NCBI GenBank assembly: GCA_000388065.2 | Contig: KB932203.1 | Source: Fonticula alba ATCC 38817 | Lineage: Eukaryota; Protista; Nucleariida | Length of the DNA stretch: 55,486 nt | Strand: one strand, 5' to 3' | Shown: positions 48,896-55,486 of the stretch, in pieces | Layout: each line of letters opens with the position of its first letter | How positions within the stretch are numbered: position 1 is the stretch's first letter | Position numbers and translations under genes: made by a program | Notes under the pieces: model-generated | Databases searched by the model: none | Told to the model about the DNA's origin: nothing | Seen by the model: only the letters and a program-made list of their open reading frames with translations

Positions 48896-51236
48896 TCAGG
48901 TCCGGTTGGAGCCGGCAGTCCCCGGGGGCGGCCGGTACAGCCGAGGCAGGCCCACCTGCTGGAGGACATTGAAGGCAAAGCACGGAGTCCCGGTGTTGAC
49001 CCAGACATTGGTCAGGCGGGTGCCGGAAAAGAGCCGAAGCGCGTCGCGCAGATGCTCAAAGTCGCCGGCTGGCGCCACGCCCCCGGCCACCAGGGCCTCG
49101 AGGTTCAAGGTGACCGGGGCCCCGGGGCGCGAGGCGGCCAGCAACGAGGAGCCCGCCTCGCCGGGGGCCCCGACCGACGCCAAGCCCCCCGGGCCCAAGT
49201 CCAACCGGTGGTGGTACACCAGCGACAGGGCCAGTTCGAGGGTCACCGACATGGAGGACCGGTCCTTGGCCGACTTGCACGAGGTAAACCGGCCCCCATT
49301 CAGGAGCTCGGTGATGCGCTCGGCCAGCAGCAGGGTCTCCAGGGCCCGGGCCACGGATCGGAACTCCGACTTGAAGAGGCTCCCGCCGGCGGGGGCAGCC
49401 GAGGCCACCGGGCCACCGGCCGCCCCCGGGGCCAAGTTGGCCGACGTGCTGTCCTCGACCTCTGGACCGGTGCTCAGAGGCGCCAGATACTCCGGATCCG
49501 GGCCCAGGGAGGCGGCGGCGGCGGCGGCGGCGGCGGCGGGGCTGGCCAGCGTCCCGGCGGCCGTGGCGCCGGCCGGCGACCCCTCCGCGTCCAGGTCGGC
49601 AAGGCCAGCACTCGCGCCGGCCGGGGCGTCGACGTCCTCTTCCAGAGGGGCATCAGTCATCAGGCCCCGCAGGGCCGCGAGCAGGGCTCCAAGGGGCCGA
49701 CGCCGCGCGTCGATCCCCGCCCGGTCGAGATGCTCCAGGCGCAGGCCAAAGCGCCCGCGGACCAACTCGCCGGCGTCACCGTCAAAGTCCAGCACCGTGC
49801 TCAGCAGCCCATCAAACAGGCGCTGGTACCGGGTCAGCTGCCGAAGGCTGGTGGCATTGATGCGGCCCTGGAGGGTGGTGTCGCCGAACTGGTTGGCCAG
49901 CAGTTGCACACTGTTGACCCCTTGCGAGAACATCACCGGCCAGATGGCGATCCCCCCGCCGTCCGGGCTGTCGCCCGCCGCCGCGCGGTAGGGGGATCCC
50001 ACAAATGGCAGGGCCCCCTGCTGGCAGTGCGTCTGCCCGAGGCAGGCCGCGCCACGGTGGGCGCAGACCCAGGCGTCCGAGGGGCCGCCACGGGCCGGGG
50101 CCATTCGCCCGGCGTCGGCCGCCGCGCGGCACTCCCCCCGGAAGGGCGACCCGCTGCCACACACCTGGCACAGTGGCCGGTGCTGCAATGCCGCCGGCAG
50201 GGCATCATACAGCTCGGTCGACAGCGGGACCAGCACGGTCAGCTGGTCGCGCGGCCCCTCGAAGTACACATGGCTCGACCGGCGGAAGCGCCCGCCATGC
50301 AGAGCCGACTCGCCGCACGGGCAGCCGGCCGGGACTAGCTTCAGTCGGACGCGGCCGAGGGACATCACCGCCACAAACATGTCTTCGATCATGTCCTTCT
50401 CCGAGCCGGCCGTGCTCAGGAGGCTGGGCGATGACATCCCGGAGCGCAGGGAAAGAGAAAGGGAAAGAGAGAGAGAGAGGACACAGCAACGGAAGGCCCG
50501 AGGAAGGTTAGCACGGGGCGAAGGGGGGGGGGGGGGATATGGATGGCGAAGGGCCGGGAAGGAGAAGATCCCCTCAGGACCCGGCGGGACGGGGAAAGCG
50601 AAGGAGCGTAGGGAGGCTCGGCCGGCCCCGGGCCCCGGGGCCGCGTGGCATGTGCGCACCATTCGAACTGGGCCAGGTAGCCAATTTCACCGAGTTGGGC
50701 CAGCACCAGGCGATTGCTGAGGTTGCGCGAGAGGAACGTGGTGAAGGAGGTCACCAGGGCCGCCAGGGCCTGACTCAGGCAGCAGTCCAGCCGGTATTGC
50801 AGCATCTCCCCGTGGAGGTAGCCCCGAGGGGCAGCCGGCACGGCCGGCACCGGTCCCATGCGCACTCGCGCGGTCACCGGCTCCCCGGCATCCACCGGGC
50901 CCCCAGGCAGCGAGGACAATTGCACCGCATGCCCGGCGCCGAGCCAAATCTCCGGCTCGCCACGCACGGCCACCAGCAGCAGCAGCTCCTCGACGGCCCG
51001 GCGCCCGCCGGCGGCCAGGGCCGCAGCCAGGTCACCCACGCGACCCAATGCCTCCCGGGCCCGGGTCACCGTGGCGGCCTGCCGGTCTGGCGCCATGAAG
51101 GACACCCCGGCGGCGTTGGCCGGCACATGCCACAGGGCCAGGTGCAGGTTCAGCACTCGCGCGCACTGGGGCAGAGCCTCCTCCAGCAGGCGCACGGCCA
51201 GCGGCCGGAGGTGCACCGTCCAGGAGGGGAGCTACA

Positions 51237-51318
<82 letters not shown>

Positions 51319-53611
51319 TGTGTGTGTGTCAGAAAGGGAGGGGAGAGGGGGATGCACCCAAGGTCGGTCATATGGCCAGCGGGCCATGCTAGAAGGGATC
51401 CGATCGAGGCGGAAGGGCAGTGGCGGAAGGCGGGGAACAAAAAAGCGGAAAGGGCAAACACAAAGCCGCACCACAGCCAGCTCCTCAAACAGATGCTCCA
51501 GCAGACCGATCACCAGGAGCCAGCATTTGGTCAGCGGCCGGGAGCTCCGCTGACCCTGGCGCGGATCGGCGGCCACCTGCTCCAGGCGCGCCAGCAGACC
51601 AGCCAGCGCATGTGCAATCGCCGACTGGGTGTTGGCCAGCTCGGTGCGCTTGAGGGTCAGAGACCGAAGACCGGTGGCCAGGCCGGCCCCCCCGACGGCC
51701 GGCATCGCCATGCCGCCAGGGCCCGGGCCCCAGGCGAGCCCCTCGCCCGATTCCCCACCCCCGGCGACCCCGCCGAAGGACTCGTCCAGGAAGGAGAAGA
51801 GCTTGGAGTGCCGGGCGGTGGCCGAATCGCCGGCACCCGGCGACCCGGACGAAAAGAGCCAAAGCACCGACCGGAGGAGGCTCCGCCGGTGCTGGGGACC
51901 CGCGGCGCGGCCTGCCAGGGCCAGCTCGGTGGCGGTGGTGCTGGCGGCCCGGCCCGTGGGGGCGGTTGTCGCCGCCGCCGCTGCCGCCGCCGCCGCCGCT
52001 GCCATGTCCGGTGTCACGCCCAGCAGATCGCTGCAGGAGGTGGCGGCATTGCGCAGCGCAGCCGACGCTTCGACCACTTGCTGCGGCGGAGCCACCTGCC
52101 GGCCGTCGGCCGAGAGGAACTCCGCCAGCAGGCTGCTCGCCGAGTCGCCCGGGGCCGCGCTCACCAGCGCCCCCAGGGTCGGCACCTCGACGGCCAAAGA
52201 CGCCGGATGCTCCAGCAGGTTGAACTCGCTAAAGAGATCCGTCAGCCAGGCATCCAGCGACCCGGGCACCGACTGGGCACCACCGGCCGCCGCCGCCGCC
52301 GACACCGAGGACGAGGACGAGGAGGAGGAGCCCTGACTGCCGGCCGCCACGGCGCGCCACACAGCCACCGGGGCCCGGGACAGCAGAACCCGACGCCCGC
52401 GCTGGGCCGCACGCAGCTGACTCAGCAGGCCGCCCTTCTTGAAGCCCAGCCCATGGGCCGCCGGCGCGCCGAAGGTCACCACAAAGTAGCCGGCCAAGCC
52501 GGCAGAGGGCCCGGCCGCCGGGGGCGCCCCCCCCAGGGACGGGGCGCCCCGGCTGCCAGCCAGGCCACCCCCCCCGGCAAAGTACCTCCCCCCGAAGGAG
52601 CGCAGCCCCGGCCCCGGGGCGGCGGGCTCCTCGGCCTCCTCCTCCGGGTCGTCGGTGTCGGCATCCTCGTCGGCCGGGTCGTCGGTGCTGTCGCCATCGG
52701 CCAGGCTGCTGAGGTTCAGCGTCCGGCCCAAGCGCGCCAAACCAAAGCCCCCGCCCAGCCCGGGGCCCAGGTCACCGATGCTGGTGTTGCTGCTGAGGCC
52801 GCCATATTTGCCAGCCCCCCCCGGGGAGACCCCCTCCACCAGCCACTCATGCAGCTGGAGGTTGATCGGGAAGCACTGGAGCATCTGCTCATTCTTGCGC
52901 ACGGATGCCCGGAAGCCCACCGGATTGACGCCATTCAGCCCCGGGCGAATGAGGGCCGTCGTGCAGGCCGCGCCATCCTCCCTGGCTAGGGGGGTGCCCG
53001 CGTCATCGTCGACGGTGGTGCCGGTGGCGGCGACGCCACCGGGCCCATGGTCATGCCCCTGGCCGCTGCCAGTGCCATCGCCGGGGGCCGCCTCATCTGC
53101 CAAGTGGCCGAGGAACTCAAGCCCCCCGCGGCCGGCGCCGGCCAGGTCCTCGGCGTCGGTGGCCGGAACCGGCCGCAAGCCCAGACTGGCGGGCCCCTCC
53201 CGCGAGGAGGACACCACCGACCGGTACAGGGCCAGCAGGTTGGTGTGCTGGTCGATCACCTGTGACAGGACCTCCTGCAGGGCGGCCTGCTCGCCGGCAC
53301 CCGCCAGGCCGAAGGAGGTGAAGTACTGAACGGCCGTGTGCTCAATGTGCGACAGGTGCTCCAGCAGGGCCACCGGCACGGAGAAGCAATGCGGCGATTG
53401 GTGAAGGATCTGGAGACCAGCAGCCGGGAGGACAGCAGGGGGACAAGAGAAAAGGATGCACCCGGAGGAGCCCACGAGTGGGGGCGTGAGCGGGGGTGCA
53501 CAGGTGGACGGGTGCGGGTGGACGGGTGCGGGTGGACGGGTGCGGGTGGACGGGTGCGGGTGGACGGGTGCGAGTGGACGGGAGGATGGACGAGTGAGCA
53601 GGGAGGCGGGC

Positions 53612-53654
<43 letters not shown>

Positions 53655-55366
53655 AGAGAGAGAGGGAGAGAGAGAGGGAGAGAGAGAGGGAGAGGAGGGG
53701 TGCCTCTTGCGGTGCGAGTGCAAGCATGCACACAGCCAAACAGGCCGGAGAAGGCCCGGCACGCACCTCGCGAATGCGCAGGGTCCCGCCAGAGCCGGCC
53801 CCAGCGCGGTAAGTCTGCGTGTGGGCGCCGAATTGGGCCCCAGTCACCGGGCAGACGGCCGGCAGGGTGCAGGGAATGGCCGCGATGCTGGGAGTGACGC
53901 CACAATGCCCGGGGGCCAGGAGGGTCCGGAGGCGCCCGGCACCGGGCAGCAGGTCCTCCGGGGCCAGGGCATCACCGGTGGTGGCCGCCGACGCGGCCCC
54001 ACACACGGCCAGCATGCCGCGCAGGCAGGTGCACCGGGGCTCGGCGCAGCGTGCCGCCCGCGAACAGGGCGTCCCCAGGCCGAGAACCCGGCTGGGCAGC
54101 GGGCACCCGGCCACCGGGAGCAGGCTTCGCAGGGGCCCAGATGCCGGGCCACCCCCATCGACCGAGGTCCCAAGGCCCGAGCCCCGGTAGAGCTCCGGCC
54201 GCGGGAGAACCGGCCGGCGGGTGGACACAAACAGCTCCACCTGCCCCCCGGCCGCCAGGGGGGAATGCATGTGCCGCGGGTCCGCCCGCAGGGCAATGCT
54301 GGCGGCGCCCAGGCGCGCGGTTTGCGCCACCTGCTCCGGATAGCCAGGCCCCAGGCCCGAGGTGTTCATGGGTGGCAGACCGCCGTCATCCGACCCGGTG
54401 GCCGACGCATCACACTGCGACCAGAGCAGCAGGTCGATCAGCCGCACGGCCGCCTCGGCCAGGCAGGGCACCGACGCCGGCAGCCCGGCGTTCAGGGCCT
54501 GGACCCCGGCCGCCCCGCCGGACTCGACCGGCGAGAGGAAGGCACTGGCCCGGGAGGAGGCCACCGGGGCACCGGACCCGCTGGCCGACTCCGGCGACAG
54601 GAGGGCCACCCGCTGGCCGACCGGCCGTGCGCCCAGCACCTCCACCAGCCGATCCGGCATCTGGCCGGTCGGCGTGGCGTGCAGCTGGAAGCGCAGATAC
54701 ACCTCCGGGTCTTGGGCCAGGGCGCCAGGGCAAACGCGAAGCCCCTCGTGCCCCGGCCCGGACCCCGGCTGCTGCTGCAGAGCCGCCATCACCGAGCACA
54801 CCTCGATGGTGGTCAGGAAGTCCCGGCTGAGGGCCACCCAGCCGGCCGGCCCGGCGCGCGGGTCAAATGCCCCGGCCGCCACCTCGGTAAAGCCGACCAA
54901 AAACCACCGGAAGTGGTCGAGCTTCGTGGAGGGGGCCCCGCCATGGCCAGTGCCCGAGCCCGGGTCCAATGGCACACGGGCCGCCGACACCGTCAGCATG
55001 TAGTGCCCGGCCGAGATGTCCGGTGTCAGGTCCGGCGGCGCGAAGGGCGAATCCACCGAGGCCGCCAATGCCCGGGCGTAGGCCACCGAAGCGGCCGACA
55101 GACCGAGCCCCTCGCCGGTCGGGTGGCTGAGGGCAAACCCAAGGGCCAGCTCAAGAGCCGGCACGCCATTCCCGAAGAGCGGCCCGGCCGGCGAGTCGGC
55201 GGGTGCCGCTGCCGAGGCAAGCGAGCCGGCGAAGGAGCTGGCGCGAGATCTGGCCAAGAGTTAGCGAGGGGTGAGTGCATGTGTGTGTGGGGGGGGGGGG
55301 GGCGAGAAGCAGCGAAACTGCGAGGGAGTACACGTACGGGGCTCCGGAGCGGGGGTAGCCAGACAT
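48896..55366 (-). CDS. INPP4: Inositol polyphosphate 4-phosphatase (INPP4A/B-like); join(55366..55338, 55249..53767, 53409..51472, 51231..50660, 50423..48896)
   Basis: Catalytic CX5R motif RFTSCKSAKDRSSMSVTLE (49259-49279). Also FRASVRKNEQMLQCFPINLQL, VTFGAPAAHGLGFKKGGL, SQALAALVTSF, IGYLAQFECLLST, FSQGVN...QFGDTTLQGRIN and C-terminal FAFN.LQ...LP..YRPP.GT. The N-terminal region is C2-like. All splice phases are consistent. Confidence 0.93.
51241..51318 (+). repeat. (GTCGTG)13 hexanucleotide microsatellite in INPP4 intron 3
   Basis: 13 perfect units read directly, just upstream of the acceptor at 51232. Confidence 0.95.
53503..53582 (+). repeat. 14-nt minisatellite (GGTGGACGGGTGCG)x5 plus a partial unit, in INPP4 intron 2
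   Basis: Five exact tandem units read directly. Confidence 0.9.
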
Positions 55367-55486
55367 GCGATGCGAGACCGCCCCGGGGAGGGAGAGAGGC
55401 AGAGAGAGAGAGAGGGGGGGGGAAGAGAGAGATAAAGAGCGCGCGAGAGCGGGGGTCGATGGGGGCCCGGCAGGGCAAAAGGAAAG

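Noticed and set aside
51232-51471. Poly-(His-Asp) metal-binding tail at the end of ORF 51232-55257
   Set aside because: It is the (GTCGTG)13 microsatellite inside an intron whose removal joins INPP4 exons in frame.

Overview
This is a eukaryotic, very GC-rich and intron-rich scaffold window with 8 N-gaps. It is not prokaryotic, and I found no CRISPR array, rRNA, tRNA or recognisable transposase. Gene content (TAF1 without bromodomains, INPP4, RNF121/175, DDX41) and intron style (GTRCGY donors, poly-C/G and (CT)n tracts, CTRAC-like branch points) suggest a unicellular opisthokont, most likely Fonticula alba; this is inference only. Thirteen spliced or single-exon genes can be built by hand, in order: GT61-like glycosyltransferase (+), M14 zinc carboxypeptidase (-), DDX41 (+), Erv1/ALR (-), TAF1 (+), RNI-like LRR protein (-), O-fucosyltransferase-like protein (-), Rpp38/Pop3-like L7Ae protein (+), Nudix hydrolase (-), FANCJ/BRIP1 helicase (+), RNF121/175 ligase (+), RanBP1-domain protein (+) and INPP4 phosphatase (-). 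They are functionally unrelated, and I see no evidence for a coordinated novel multi-gene system. The best biological leads are at protein level: a Nudix box split by a 44-aa Cys-rich insert, a WG-repeat tract in the RanBP1-domain protein, a Cys/His insert in INPP4, and an unassigned C-terminal domain on FANCJ. The assembly is demonstrably flawed: three Illumina adapter remnants each create a false tandem duplication, and there is a probable homopolymer frameshift in FANCJ. Exon boundaries were read by eye and are approximate where stated.
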